Shown here: piece after piece, positions 1 to 8,902 of the stretch
Layout: each line of letters starts with the position of its first letter
Numbering within the stretch: the first letter of the stretch is position 1
Assembly: GCA_035292365.1 (NCBI GenBank)
Contig: DATDQG010000144.1
Span: forward strand, 1 to 44,826
Source: Dehalococcoidia bacterium
Lineage (GTDB): Bacteria; Chloroflexota; Dehalococcoidia; DATDQG01
Reading direction: 5' to 3'
Length of the DNA stretch: 44,826 bases
The notes under the pieces: model-generated
Databases searched by the model: none
What the model saw: only the letters and a program-made list of their open reading frames with translations
Told to the model about the DNA's origin: nothing
Translations under genes and position numbers: made by a program

Positions 1-138
1 GCCGCGACCCGTTCAGCCTCCAGCGCTGCACAGTAGAAAGGCTGCACAACAACAACGTGGGGCACAGCATGCTGTGCCCCACGTTGTTGTTGTGCAGCCT
101 TTCTACTGTGCAGCGCTGGAGGCTGAACGGGTCGCGGC
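1..138. repeat. Perfect 138-bp palindrome (two 69-nt arms, no spacer) touching the left edge of the window
   Basis: Hand check: base i is complementary to base 139-i for all 69 pairs. The axis lies between 69 and 70 (core ggggcacagcat|gctgtgcccc). The left arm reaches base 1, so the true length is unknown. The trxB stop codon (103-105) lies in the right arm. Confidence 0.95.
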
Positions 139-1131
139 GACGGCCGCACCCTCCTCGCCATCCTTGAACTCCTCGGTCACGTACTTGTATGCCGAGAGGC
201 CGGCTACGCAGCCGTCGCCAGCCGCCGAGACGAGCTGGCGCAGCGAGTTGACACGGATGTCGCCGGCCGCGAAGATGCCCGGCACGTTCGTCGCCATGAG
301 GTCCGTCACGCGGATGTACCCGTGTTCGTCCTGCTCGACGAGGTCGCCGAGGATGGCGGCGGCGGGGTCGAAGCCGATGTAGATGAAGACGCCGGTGACG
401 TCCAACACGCTCGGCTCGTTCGTCTTGACGTTGCGCACGCGGATACCGGTCACCTGGTTGGTGTCGCCCAGCACCTCCTCCACGACGCTGTTCCAAATGA
501 ACGACATGTTGGGCGTGGCGAAGGCGCGCTCCTGGAGCACCGGGGAGGCGCGGAGCTGGTCGCGGCGGTGGATGACCAGCACTTGCTTGGCGAGGCGGGT
601 CAGATAGAGCCCTTCATCGATGGCCGCATCGCCGCCGCCGATGACGGCAACGATCTCGCCCCGGAAGAAAGCTCCGTCGCACACCGCGCAGTTGGAGACG
701 CCGCGGGCCGCGTACTCCTCCTCACCCGGGACGCCCAGCTTGCGGTGCTCGCCGCCCGACGCCACGACGACCGCTTTCGCGAGGAAGTCGCCATCGATCG
801 TCTGCACGACGCGGATCTGGCCGCGCAGCTCGATGCCGGTGACCTCTGTGGAGAGGGTCTGCAGGCCCTGTTTCGTCGCCTGCTCGTACATCCAGATGGC
901 GAGATCGGGGCCCATCGCCCCGTCGGGGAAGCCGGGGTAGTTCTCGACCAGGCCCGTGAAGGCGATCTGGCCTCCCCAGACCGATTTCTCCAGCAGCAGT
1001 GCGTCCATCTTCGCCCTGCTGGCGTACAGACCGGCGGTGAGACCCGCGGCGCCGCCCCCGACGATAATGACGTCGTAGATGCGGTCGCTCTCCGGGCCCT
1101 GGCCGCCCGTCACGCCCAGATGGAGGGCCAA
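103..1131 (-). CDS. trxB: Thioredoxin-disulfide reductase
   Basis: 342-aa ORF with two dinucleotide-binding motifs (VIIVGGGAAGL, VAVIGGGDAAIDEG) and the redox-active CAVCDG motif. It sits immediately downstream of trxA, with a 6-nt gap. Confidence 0.95.
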   Translation of the reverse strand: MALHLGVTGGQGPESDRIYDVIIVGGGAAGLTAGLYASRAKMDALLLEKSVWGGQIAFTGLVENYPGFPDGAMGPDLAIWMYEQATKQGLQTLSTEVTGIELRGQIRVVQTIDGDFLAKAVVVASGGEHRKLGVPGEEEYAARGVSNCAVCDGAFFRGEIVAVIGGGDAAIDEGLYLTRLAKQVLVIHRRDQLRASPVLQERAFATPNMSFIWNSVVEEVLGDTNQVTGIRVRNVKTNEPSVLDVTGVFIYIGFDPAAAILGDLVEQDEHGYIRVTDLMATNVPGIFAAGDIRVNSLRQLVSAAGDGCVAGLSAYKYVTEEFKDGEEGAAVAATRSASSAAQ

Positions 1132-1137
1132 AAGGGA

Positions 1138-1470
1138 CTAGGCTCCCTGCAGGATCGCTTCGATGTGGCGCTTGAGGGTCGTCTTCGGTTGTGCGCCCAC
1201 CACCTGGGTTGCCACGGTGCCGTCGCGGAAAATCAACAGCGTTGGGATAGCCCTGACGCCATAACGGTTGGCGAGCTCGGGATAGGCGTCCACGTCCACC
1301 TTTGTGAAGCGCACCTTGCCCTCGTATTCGTCGGCAAGCTGGTCGAGGAGCGGGGCGATCATCTTGCACGGGCCGCACCACTCCGCCCAGAAGTCGACGA
1401 GGACAGGGACTTCGGCCTTCAAGACCTCGGCCTCGAAGGTGCTCGTCTCTACCGCGGATGGCTTCGCCAT
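1138..1470 (-). CDS. trxA: Thioredoxin
   Basis: WCGPCK active site (FWAEWCGPCKMI). Start placed at ATG 1470, 6 nt after AAGGAGG; the ORF-track start at 1527 looks like an upstream extension. Confidence 0.92.
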   Translation of the reverse strand: MAKPSAVETSTFEAEVLKAEVPVLVDFWAEWCGPCKMIAPLLDQLADEYEGKVRFTKVDVDAYPELANRYGVRAIPTLLIFRDGTVATQVVGAQPKTTLKRHIEAILQGA

Positions 1471-1541
1471 GGTCATCCTCCTTAGCAAAGCCGACGCCGG
1501 CTTCGCGCTCTCACTGTAGCAAACCACTATGAGGGCCGCAA

Positions 1542-2543
1542 TTATTCCTTGCCCGTTGGAGTGGCCCGCAGTCCCTCCTGGATGGCCTGGACGACGCCTT
1601 GGTCGGCGGCGCGCTGGGCGGCGCGGATGGCGTTCTTTATGGCCCGCGCATCGCTGCGGCCGTGCGCCATGATGACGGTGCCCGCGACACCGAGCAGAGG
1701 GACGCCCCCGTATTCCGCGTAGTCGCTCAGACGCCGTACCCCTCGCAGCGCCGGTTGCAGGACCAGCGCCGCAGCGCGGTAGTGGAGCTGGCTCTCGACC
1801 GCCTCCCGGAGCAGTTGCAAGAGCGCCGCCGCCACTCCTTCCATCACCTTGAGGACAATGTTTCCGGTGAACCCGTCCGTCACCACGACGTCGACGACAT
1901 CCTCCGCGAGGTGGCGTCCTTCGACGTTGCCGATGAACCGCAACGACGAGGCTGCCAGGAGCTCGTGCGCCTTCCTCGTTAGGGCGTTGCCCTTGGTCGG
2001 CTCCTCGCCGTTGCTCAAGAGACCGACGCGAGGGCTTGCGATCTCAACCACCCGTTCCATGTAGATAGCGCCCATCTGGGCGAACTGCAGGAGCTGAATC
2101 GGCTCGCAGTCGGCGTTCGCGCCGGCGTCGATGAGGAGGACGGGGCCGTGCGGGCTAGAGAACAGGGCGGCCAGCGCGGGGCGCTGAACGCCCGCGATGC
2201 GACCGAGCGTGAGGAGAGCGCCCGCCATGACGGCGCCGCTGTTGCCCGCCGAGACGAACGCGTCGCCTTCTCCTTCTTTCAGCAGCCGCAACCCGACGCT
2301 GAGCGAGGAGTCGGGCTTGTGGCGTAGGGCCTCCATGGGCGTCTCGCCCATGCCCACCACCTCTGGCGTGTGCACCACGCGTATGCCTTCCGGGGCGTCG
2401 AAACGGGACAAGAGAGGGCGCAGCGCGTCCTCGTGGCCGGTGAGCGTTATGGAGAGGCCGAACTCACGCGCGGCCTCCACCGCCCCCGCCACGACCGCCT
2501 CTGGTGCGTTGTCGCCGCCCATGGCGTCGACGATGATCGGCAT
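1542..2543 (-). CDS. plsX: Phosphate acyltransferase PlsX
   Basis: 333 aa. The N-terminus MPIIVDAMGGDNAPEAVV and full-length PlsX-like sequence (GNSGAVMA, TDGFTGN) support the call. Confidence 0.94.
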   Translation of the reverse strand: MPIIVDAMGGDNAPEAVVAGAVEAAREFGLSITLTGHEDALRPLLSRFDAPEGIRVVHTPEVVGMGETPMEALRHKPDSSLSVGLRLLKEGEGDAFVSAGNSGAVMAGALLTLGRIAGVQRPALAALFSSPHGPVLLIDAGANADCEPIQLLQFAQMGAIYMERVVEIASPRVGLLSNGEEPTKGNALTRKAHELLAASSLRFIGNVEGRHLAEDVVDVVVTDGFTGNIVLKVMEGVAAALLQLLREAVESQLHYRAAALVLQPALRGVRRLSDYAEYGGVPLLGVAGTVIMAHGRSDARAIKNAIRAAQRAADQGVVQAIQEGLRATPTGKE

Positions 2544-2578
2544 AAGGCTCCAAGCTCAAGTTCAGGCGAGCTCGGCGT

Positions 2579-2607
2579 ATTGTAGCGCCGTCCCTCCAGC
2601 GAGACAA
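2579..2607 (-). promoter_or_regulatory. Candidate sigma-70-type promoter for plsX
   Basis: On the minus strand: TTGTCT (2607-2602), a 17-nt spacer, then TACAAT (2584-2579). This sits about 35 nt upstream of the plsX ATG. Confidence 0.4.
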
Positions 2608-2889
2608 AGCTCGCCAAGCATCGTGGCAACGAAGCGCAACGGGCCTCAGCGGGTGGAGGTACCTCCGTGCGAAGGCGATACAGCCAGACCAGACTGGAGC
2701 GCCAGGTACTGGTCGCGCCGCCACCGTGTTTCCGTGCTGCACCGGCGAGCGCAGGCGGAGCGCCATGAGCAGCCGGCTGCCGGGAAGGGTGGAGACCGAC
2801 ATCGCCAGGTTCCGGCGGTCCATCCAGAACCACGCGTAGTCGGTCCCGGCACTGGTCTGGATGACGACCTGGGGAGAGAACATCTTGGT

Positions 2890-3534
2890 CTACTGATCGG
2901 CCGGCGGCCGCAACTTCTCGGTCAACCAGCGGCGGAGGAGCGGTAGCAGAAACTCCGGATGCTCCGAGAGCCCGTGCGTGGCGCCTTCGATCAGCACAAG
3001 CTCTTTGGGCTTCTTCGCCCACGAGTAGATCTGCTCCGAGCAGTACGGGTCGAGGCGCTGGTCCGCGGTTCCATGCACGAGGAGGAGCGGGCGAGGCGCG
3101 ATGTTCGCCACGTTGCGCGCGCCGTACGTCTGGCTGGCGAGGGCGGCCACCGCGACGACCGCCTCGCTCAGTGGCGCGGCGGCGATGGCCACCGCCCCAC
3201 TGAAGGAGTGGCCCACGAGGGCGACGCGCTGGACCCCGACCTGGCGGAAGAAGAGCAGGGCTGCCAGCGTGTCCTGCACGCTGTCTTCCAGCTCGAAAGG
3301 GCGGCGGTAGCGCACCGCCAGGGACGATACGCCGTCCTCCCGCAGGTCCTTCGCGACGCTCCGGGCGATCGGGCTGAGGCGGTCCTCCGCCGAGAGCGAT
3401 CCCGCCCACAGGACAGCCGTGTCGGCGCCTGTCGCACTCATGAGCAGGCAGCCGATCTCGCCGCGGTCGGTCCGAAGGAGAACTAGGTCTCCATCGTTGG
3501 TGGGCTTGATCTCGTACCCGGAGAGGCTGATCAA
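2890..3534 (-). CDS. Alpha/beta-fold hydrolase (dienelactone-hydrolase-like)
   Basis: 214 aa with nucleophile elbow GHSFSG, then HGTADQ and GATHGL, consistent with a Ser-Asp-His triad. Confidence 0.8.
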   Translation of the reverse strand: MISLSGYEIKPTNDGDLVLLRTDRGEIGCLLMSATGADTAVLWAGSLSAEDRLSPIARSVAKDLREDGVSSLAVRYRRPFELEDSVQDTLAALLFFRQVGVQRVALVGHSFSGAVAIAAAPLSEAVVAVAALASQTYGARNVANIAPRPLLLVHGTADQRLDPYCSEQIYSWAKKPKELVLIEGATHGLSEHPEFLLPLLRRWLTEKLRPPADQ

Positions 3535-3546
3535 CGCCGCTGGCCC

Positions 3547-3756
3547 TCACATCCCGAAGATGAGGGGAGGGTCCTCCTCGGCTATCCGCGCCCTGAAGCG
3601 TTGCTGGATGTCCCGCCAGGCCTCCTGCTGGCCGTCCTTGAGATAGACGACGTAGCCGTCCGGCTCACGGGAGTAAGCGATGCCCGCCTCCTCCAGGGCG
3701 TCCATGAATCCCATGCGCTGCTGCGGGGGGAGGGGGCACGAGAGGTACGTGGGCAT
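3547..3756 (-). CDS. Small hypothetical protein (69 aa)
   Basis: ORF packed between the peptidase-like gene (stop 3765) and the hydrolase (start 3534). Codon usage is GC3-rich and there is no recognisable motif. The start could be an internal Met. Confidence 0.45.
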   Translation of the reverse strand: MPTYLSCPLPPQQRMGFMDALEEAGIAYSREPDGYVVYLKDGQQEAWRDIQQRFRARIAEEDPPLIFGM

Positions 3757-3764
3757 GGATGCCT

Positions 3765-4958
3765 CTAGCCGGGAGCGCCGGCAAGGCGGAGAGCCAGGCC
3801 CGAGAAAGCCCTCGCGAAGCGGCCAACGAGGTCCAGGTCGACCGCCTCGGGCCAGCGGTCGGCTTCGAGGTGAAAGAGGGCGTGGCCGCCGGCGATCGCG
3901 ACGACGCGCCCGCCACGTTCGTGAACGACGACGGATTCACCGCCAACGGCCGTGCCCAGCGGCGTCGCTGGGACGTCAGTAACACCTTCAGCGCCGAGCG
4001 CCTCGCGGACAAGCTGTTCAAGCGCTTCGTCGTGTGCGGAGAAACGCAGGCGTGCGTCTTGTGCGGCGCCGACGGAAGCGCCGAAGTGGAGCCAGACGGA
4101 CGCCCGCCGCTCCAGGCCCGGACGCCCCGCCGTAAAGGCGTCCACGCCCATGAAGCCCAGCTCGTGCCCGCTGAAGGCGGCGAATTGGATATCCCGCTCG
4201 TGCTGGCTCTGGCTTAGCAGACGAATGCACTCGAGCCAGCAGGCGATCCCGCCACCGCGTTCTCCCGCGCAGTGCCACCAGCCGCTGCGAGGCGTGGTGA
4301 TGACGAGGGGCGCGAGGGACGGAACGCTTCCCCTGAGCGTCGCGACGACGTTGAACGCCTCGGCTCCAGTCCGGCTGGCCGCGACCACCAGATGGCAGTC
4401 CGAGCCCCGTGCCGCGCGCTCCGTGAGCCAGTCGCGCACGTCGCTGCCCACCTGCAGCACGGGTGGCCCGAAGGGTTCTTTGAAGGCGGGGGCGTTTCGC
4501 GCCGCGAGGCCCGGGCGACCGCCGAGGGTGACGGCCACGATCGCCTGGTGCCTTCCGTCACGGCGCGCTTTCTCGAACTCCTGCACTTGACCGCCCGCGC
4601 CTACGGCCGCCAAGGCGACGGCGGCATTCGAGCCCAAAGGCCCCAGGCTGCCGCGGATGCCTTCAGGGTGGGTGAACGTGCCGTCGAAGAGCGGCAGGCC
4701 GACCACCCGCTCGCCGTCCACTTCCAGATAGCACGATTGCGGATCGATCCGGCTGACGGCGAAGGGCTCGAGCGTAGGCTCCAGGCCGCACTCGCGCACC
4801 TGCTGGGCGAGCCAACGGGCCGACCGAAGGTCAACGTCCGTGGCGGTGCGGTGCCAGCCCTGGGCGTCGTAGGCCTCTATGATGCGGGCGATGCGTTCCT
4901 CTTGCGATGTCACACCGGTCTCCAGAGTGGGGGATCTTAGGCCATCGTCTCGGTTCAT
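3765..4958 (-). CDS. M28-family (aminopeptidase-like) zinc peptidase homologue
   Basis: 397 aa. The layout is reminiscent of PA-domain plus M28 peptidases (WHRTATDVDLRSARWLAQQ..., FSGHELGFMG). The assignment is by eye only. Confidence 0.6.
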   Translation of the reverse strand: MNRDDGLRSPTLETGVTSQEERIARIIEAYDAQGWHRTATDVDLRSARWLAQQVRECGLEPTLEPFAVSRIDPQSCYLEVDGERVVGLPLFDGTFTHPEGIRGSLGPLGSNAAVALAAVGAGGQVQEFEKARRDGRHQAIVAVTLGGRPGLAARNAPAFKEPFGPPVLQVGSDVRDWLTERAARGSDCHLVVAASRTGAEAFNVVATLRGSVPSLAPLVITTPRSGWWHCAGERGGGIACWLECIRLLSQSQHERDIQFAAFSGHELGFMGVDAFTAGRPGLERRASVWLHFGASVGAAQDARLRFSAHDEALEQLVREALGAEGVTDVPATPLGTAVGGESVVVHERGGRVVAIAGGHALFHLEADRWPEAVDLDLVGRFARAFSGLALRLAGAPG

Positions 4959-5035
4959 CAGCAGACGGCGGTGTCCATGAGATAATCGTCTAACGTGATG
5001 ATGAGCGTCAACCTAACGCGCGCGGCTTAGGCGCG

Positions 5036-5974
5036 CTACGAGGGCAGTCTGGCCCCCACGAAGCCGCGGGCGCCCCGCAGGAACTCCTCGGCGGCCATGG
5101 CCCGTCGGCCCTCCATCTGGACGCGTAGCAGGCCAAGGACGCCCTCGCCGGTCACGACGCCAACCGGCGCCGGCCCGCCCGGAGGAAGCGCCACGACGAG
5201 CCCCGGCTCCCCCGCCTGCGGCGGGAGCACGCTGGCCTGCAGCACTTTCAGCAGGCGTCCCTGCCAGGTCGTGGCGGCTTCGGGCCAGGGCTGCAGGGCG
5301 CGGACGCGCCGCTCGAGGACGGACGCCGGTTGCCGCCAGTCCAGTGTTCGGTCCTCGATAGTCAACTGCCTAGTGAGCGTCGCCTGCGCGTCGTCTTGGG
5401 GCCTGGGCGTGAGGCGCTCCGCGAACCAGTGGGGCAGGCTCATTATGAGCAGGTCCGCGGCGAGGAGCGCCAGCTTGGCGGTGAGAACAGCCGTCGTGTC
5501 GTCTGGCGCAACGGGCAGCGTTGCCTGGGCAATGATCGGGCCGGTGTCGAGGCCGGCATCGACCAGCATGAGCGTGACCCCGGTGATCTCGTCGCCGGCA
5601 AGTATGGCGCCGGCGACCGGCGCGGCGCCGCGGTGGCGCGGCAGGAGACTGGGGTGCAGGTTGAGCGCGCCGTGTGTTGGCAGGTCGAGCACCGCCTGCG
5701 GCAGGATCTGTCCGTAGGCCGCAACGATGAGGCAATCGGGCAGCAGTGCGCGTAGCTGCTCGATCGCCTCGGGGCGCCGGAGGCGCTCTGGCTGGTAGAC
5801 GGGTAGGCCGTAGGCCAGCGCGAAACGCTTCACGGGTGAGGCGCTGGGCGCACGGCCGCGACCGGCGGGACGGTCGGGCTGGGTGTAGACGCCCACTACA
5901 TCGTCGGGCCCTGCGAGGAGCCGCTCAAGGCTCGGCAGGGCGAACTCCGGCGTGCCGAGGAAGACGAGGCGCAT
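5036..5974 (-). CDS. fmt: Methionyl-tRNA formyltransferase
   Basis: 312 aa with MRLVFLGTPEFALPSL at the N-terminus and the HPSLLPRHRGAAP formyltransferase motif. Confidence 0.95.
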   Translation of the reverse strand: MRLVFLGTPEFALPSLERLLAGPDDVVGVYTQPDRPAGRGRAPSASPVKRFALAYGLPVYQPERLRRPEAIEQLRALLPDCLIVAAYGQILPQAVLDLPTHGALNLHPSLLPRHRGAAPVAGAILAGDEITGVTLMLVDAGLDTGPIIAQATLPVAPDDTTAVLTAKLALLAADLLIMSLPHWFAERLTPRPQDDAQATLTRQLTIEDRTLDWRQPASVLERRVRALQPWPEAATTWQGRLLKVLQASVLPPQAGEPGLVVALPPGGPAPVGVVTGEGVLGLLRVQMEGRRAMAAEEFLRGARGFVGARLPS

Positions 5975-6021
5975 GCGCCATCATCCTATACAGCCCACAG
6001 GGCCTACGCTACTATGGGGCC

Positions 6022-6546
6022 ATGCCGTGGTCCGCAGTCGCCCTCGCGTTAGGCTTGACCGGCCTGCTCATGGGGTCGGGCTGTGCTCTCGCGACGCCGC
6101 TTTCCACCCCCACACCGCCTAGCCTTGGCCGCCCTACGGCGGCGCCGACGGCGGAGCGCCCGCCCCTGACGCCGGTCCTGCCTGCAGCCACGCCAACCAC
6201 GGCCACGGAGGCCGAGAATCCCCCCGGACCCGACGGCCAGCCCACATTGGTGGTGGTCCGCCCGCAAGCGGGGCAGCGCGTTCGCTCGCCGCTGGCAGTG
6301 GAAGGGACGGCGATCACGTTCGAGGGCATCGTGAATGTTGCGCTGCGGGATAATCAGGGTCGTGCCCTGCAGGAAGGCGTCGCTTTCGCCACACGGGGCG
6401 CGCCCGAACGAGGCGACTTTGCCCTCTCGCTCACCTTCGCGCCGCCCGCCGCCGAGGCACCCGGCACGCTCGAGGTGTTCATCCGCAGCCCCCGCGATGG
6501 CAGCGTGATGCACCGCTTGCGCGTACCGGTCCTCGTGGCTCCTTGA
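6022..6546 (+). CDS. Lipoprotein with Gmad2-type immunoglobulin-like domain
   Basis: Start chosen at the ATG giving a signal peptide plus lipobox (MPWSAVALALGLTGLLMGSGC). A Pro/Thr linker follows, then a C-terminal domain (SPLAVEGTAITFEGIVNVALRD...GDFALSLTF...LEVFIRSPRDGS). The longer ORF-track start (5746) overlaps fmt on the opposite strand. Confidence 0.75.
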   Translation: MPWSAVALALGLTGLLMGSGCALATPLSTPTPPSLGRPTAAPTAERPPLTPVLPAATPTTATEAENPPGPDGQPTLVVVRPQAGQRVRSPLAVEGTAITFEGIVNVALRDNQGRALQEGVAFATRGAPERGDFALSLTFAPPAAEAPGTLEVFIRSPRDGSVMHRLRVPVLVAP

Positions 6547-6550
6547 CGGC

Positions 6551-7669
6551 ATGCGCATCGGCATCGACGCGCGCAGCCTCTACTACAGCGCCGGTGGCAT
6601 CGGTCGCACCACGCGGCTGCTGATCGAGGCCCTGTGGCGCGCCAACGATGCGCATGAGGAGATGGTGCTCTTCCACAGTCGCAAACACCGCCCTTGGCAG
6701 GGGTCCGACTTCTCTCTTCGGGGGGGTGTGCGTCCCGTCCCACTCTGGACGCCGAGCCATCACCGCTGGGAGCAGTGGACCTTGCCCGTCGAGATGGCGC
6801 TCCACCGGCTGGACGTGCTCCACAGCCCCGACTTCATCCCACCGTTCCACGGCCTCTGGCCTGCGGTCATCACCGTGCACGACCTCGCCTTCCTGCGGAG
6901 CCCCGACCTCCTCACGGAGGAGAGCAGACGCTACTACGGGCAGGTACGTCGGGCCGTGCGCAGCGCTCAGGGTGTGGCGGCTGTCTCGGAGGCTACGAAG
7001 CGCGACATGGTCGAGCTCTTGGGCGTGGCGGCGGAGCGTGTCAGCGTCATCCACTGGGGTATGGAGCCACACTTCCAGACGCTGCCCGAAGAGGAAGTGC
7101 GCGCTTACATCGCTCAGCGAGGTCTACCGGAGCGCTTCATACTCTGGCTGGGCGTGATCGAGCCACGCAAGAACCTCGCGGCCCTCCTGCGCGCGCTGGC
7201 CGACCTGAAGCAGAGGGGGTGCGTACCGCTGCCGCTCGTGGTCGCCGGTGCAACGGGCTGGCTGGCCGAGGAGACATTGGACTTGATCAGCTCGCTGCAC
7301 CTGGAGGAGCTGGTCCACCGTTTGGGCTCGTTCGAGCCAGCGGAACAGCCGCTGCTCTACAACGCTGCGCAAGCCTTCCTGTTCCCATCGCTGTACGAGG
7401 GATTCGGCCTGCCGCCCTTGGAGGCGATGGCCTGCGGGACGCCGGTCGCCGCGGCCAAGACGCCTGCCCTCTGCGAGGTCCTCGGCAGCGCCGCGCTTTT
7501 CGTCGATCCTGAGGACGTCAAGGGCTGGGCTGTGGCCATCCAGCGCCTCGTGGAGGACGAGCCGCTGCGGGAGCGGCTCCGCGCCGACGGCGTGGCGAGG
7601 GCGGCGCCCTTCCGCTGGGAGGACACGGCCCGCGCCTACCTCCAGTTGTACCGACAGGCGGCGGCGTGA
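6551..7669 (+). CDS. Glycosyltransferase family 4 (GT-B, retaining)
   Basis: 372 aa with the C-terminal [17 protein letters not shown] motif typical of GT4. It starts 5 nt after the lipoprotein stop. Confidence 0.9.
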   Translation: MRIGIDARSLYYSAGGIGRTTRLLIEALWRANDAHEEMVLFHSRKHRPWQGSDFSLRGGVRPVPLWTPSHHRWEQWTLPVEMALHRLDVLHSPDFIPPFHGLWPAVITVHDLAFLRSPDLLTEESRRYYGQVRRAVRSAQGVAAVSEATKRDMVELLGVAAERVSVIHWGMEPHFQTLPEEEVRAYIAQRGLPERFILWLGVIEPRKNLAALLRALADLKQRGCVPLPLVVAGATGWLAEETLDLISSLHLEELVHRLGSFEPAEQPLLYNAAQAFLFPSLYEGFGLPPLEAMACGTPVAAAKTPALCEVLGSAALFVDPEDVKGWAVAIQRLVEDEPLRERLRADGVARAAPFRWEDTARAYLQLYRQAAA

Positions 7670-8892
7670 GGCTCCTCTTCTGCACGCCCGACTTCCCCTC
7701 GCCGCCGACAAAAGGCACGGCGCTGCGCAACGAGGCCCTCTTACGGCATCTCGCCCACCGGCATGAGGTGCACTTGCTCTCGTTCGACTCGCCGGAAGCG
7801 GACGGGCCCGCCCTGGAGGAACACGGCGTACGGGTCGAGACGGTGCCGTTGCCCGAGCCGCGCGGTCTTTGGCTGCGCTTGCGCGGCCTCCGCTCGCCGC
7901 TCCCCGACCTCGCCCAACGACGGCTGAGTCCAGCCTTCGCTACTCGTTTGGCTGCTCGCCTCGACGAGCCGTGGGATGTCGTTCAGTTCGAGGGGCTGGA
8001 GATGGCGCCCTACTTGCAGCAGGCGCTGGAGAGACGGCGAGGTCCGCGACCGTGCCTGGTATTGGACGCTCACAACGCAGAGTACCGCCTACAGCAGCGC
8101 GCCTTGGCCGTGGACCGCGCACAGCCGCCGCGCTGGCTGGCCGCACTGTGGAGCCTGCTGCAACTAGGCCGCCTTCGCCGCTACGAAACGGCCGCCCTCC
8201 GCTGGGCAGATGCGGTCGTCGCTGTCTCAGGGGAGGACCGCACCGCACTGTTGGAGCTGGCACCTGATGCTGAAATCGCCGTTGTGCCCAATGGGATCGA
8301 CGTTTCGTCGTACGAAATGCGACGGGAGCCTGAGGCGCCGCCGGTGCTGCTCTACACGGGCTCCTTCGATTACCGGCCGAACATCGACGCCGCCCAGTGG
8401 TTCGTCGGCAATATCCTCGCGCTGGTGCGTCGCGAGATAATCGACGCGCGTCTCTTTCTCGTGGGGCGCGACCCCGTGCCCGTCGTGCGAAGGCTCGCTG
8501 GCGAGAGCGTTGTCGTAACAGGGGCCGTGCCCGATGACCGGCCCTACTTCGCGCAGGCGTCGGTGTACGTCGTCCCGACGCGCATCGGCGCGGGCTTGCG
8601 CTTCAAGGTGCTGCAGGCGATGGCCGCCAGCGTGCCGATGGTGAGCACGAGCCTGGGTATGGAGGGCGTGCCGGCGGAGGCGGGCCGCCACTACTTGCCC
8701 GGGGACGACGCTGGGAGTTTCGCCCAGGCAATCGTCCGTCTGCTGCGAGAGCCGTCTCTCGGCGAGCGGTTGGCGAAAGCGGCCCGTGAGCTCGTGGCGG
8801 CCTTCGATTGGTCAGTCCTGGTCCCGAAACTGGACTCCCTCTACGGGCGTCTTGCTCTTGCGGGGACGAAGAGCACCATGAGGCGTTCGTAG
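7666..8892 (+). CDS. Glycosyltransferase family 4
   Basis: 408 aa. The GTG start overlaps the previous stop (GTGA). It has a GT-B C-terminal half (RFKVLQAMAASVPMVST). Confidence 0.88.
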   Translation: MRLLFCTPDFPSPPTKGTALRNEALLRHLAHRHEVHLLSFDSPEADGPALEEHGVRVETVPLPEPRGLWLRLRGLRSPLPDLAQRRLSPAFATRLAARLDEPWDVVQFEGLEMAPYLQQALERRRGPRPCLVLDAHNAEYRLQQRALAVDRAQPPRWLAALWSLLQLGRLRRYETAALRWADAVVAVSGEDRTALLELAPDAEIAVVPNGIDVSSYEMRREPEAPPVLLYTGSFDYRPNIDAAQWFVGNILALVRREIIDARLFLVGRDPVPVVRRLAGESVVVTGAVPDDRPYFAQASVYVVPTRIGAGLRFKVLQAMAASVPMVSTSLGMEGVPAEAGRHYLPGDDAGSFAQAIVRLLREPSLGERLAKAARELVAAFDWSVLVPKLDSLYGRLALAGTKSTMRRS

Positions 8893-8902
8893 GGGCGTTC
8901 AA

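Noticed and set aside
1-138. The terminal palindrome interpreted as a hairpin telomere of a linear replicon.
   Set aside because: It is immediately adjacent to core genes (trxB, trxA, plsX), with no telomere resolvase or plasmid/phage genes in 44 kb. An assembly or library fold-back is the simpler explanation. It is kept as a low-interest finding because reads are needed to decide.
322-1485. A long 387-aa plus-strand ORF antisense to trxB/trxA. Similar long shadow ORFs include 722-1381(-), 2447-3550(-), 6479-7072(-), 11411-12427(-), 24466-25731(-) and 38694-39812(+).
   Set aside because: These are Arg/Ala/Gly/Pro-rich translations with no motifs. They lie opposite to, or out of frame with, genes that have clear family signatures. 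This is the typical stop-codon-poor shadow ORF of GC-rich DNA.
5018-5036. The GC hairpin gcgcgc-ggcttag-gcgcgc at the fmt stop, considered as a terminator.
   Set aside because: It has only a 6-bp stem and no U-tract on the minus strand, and it overlaps the stop codon. The evidence is too weak to call.
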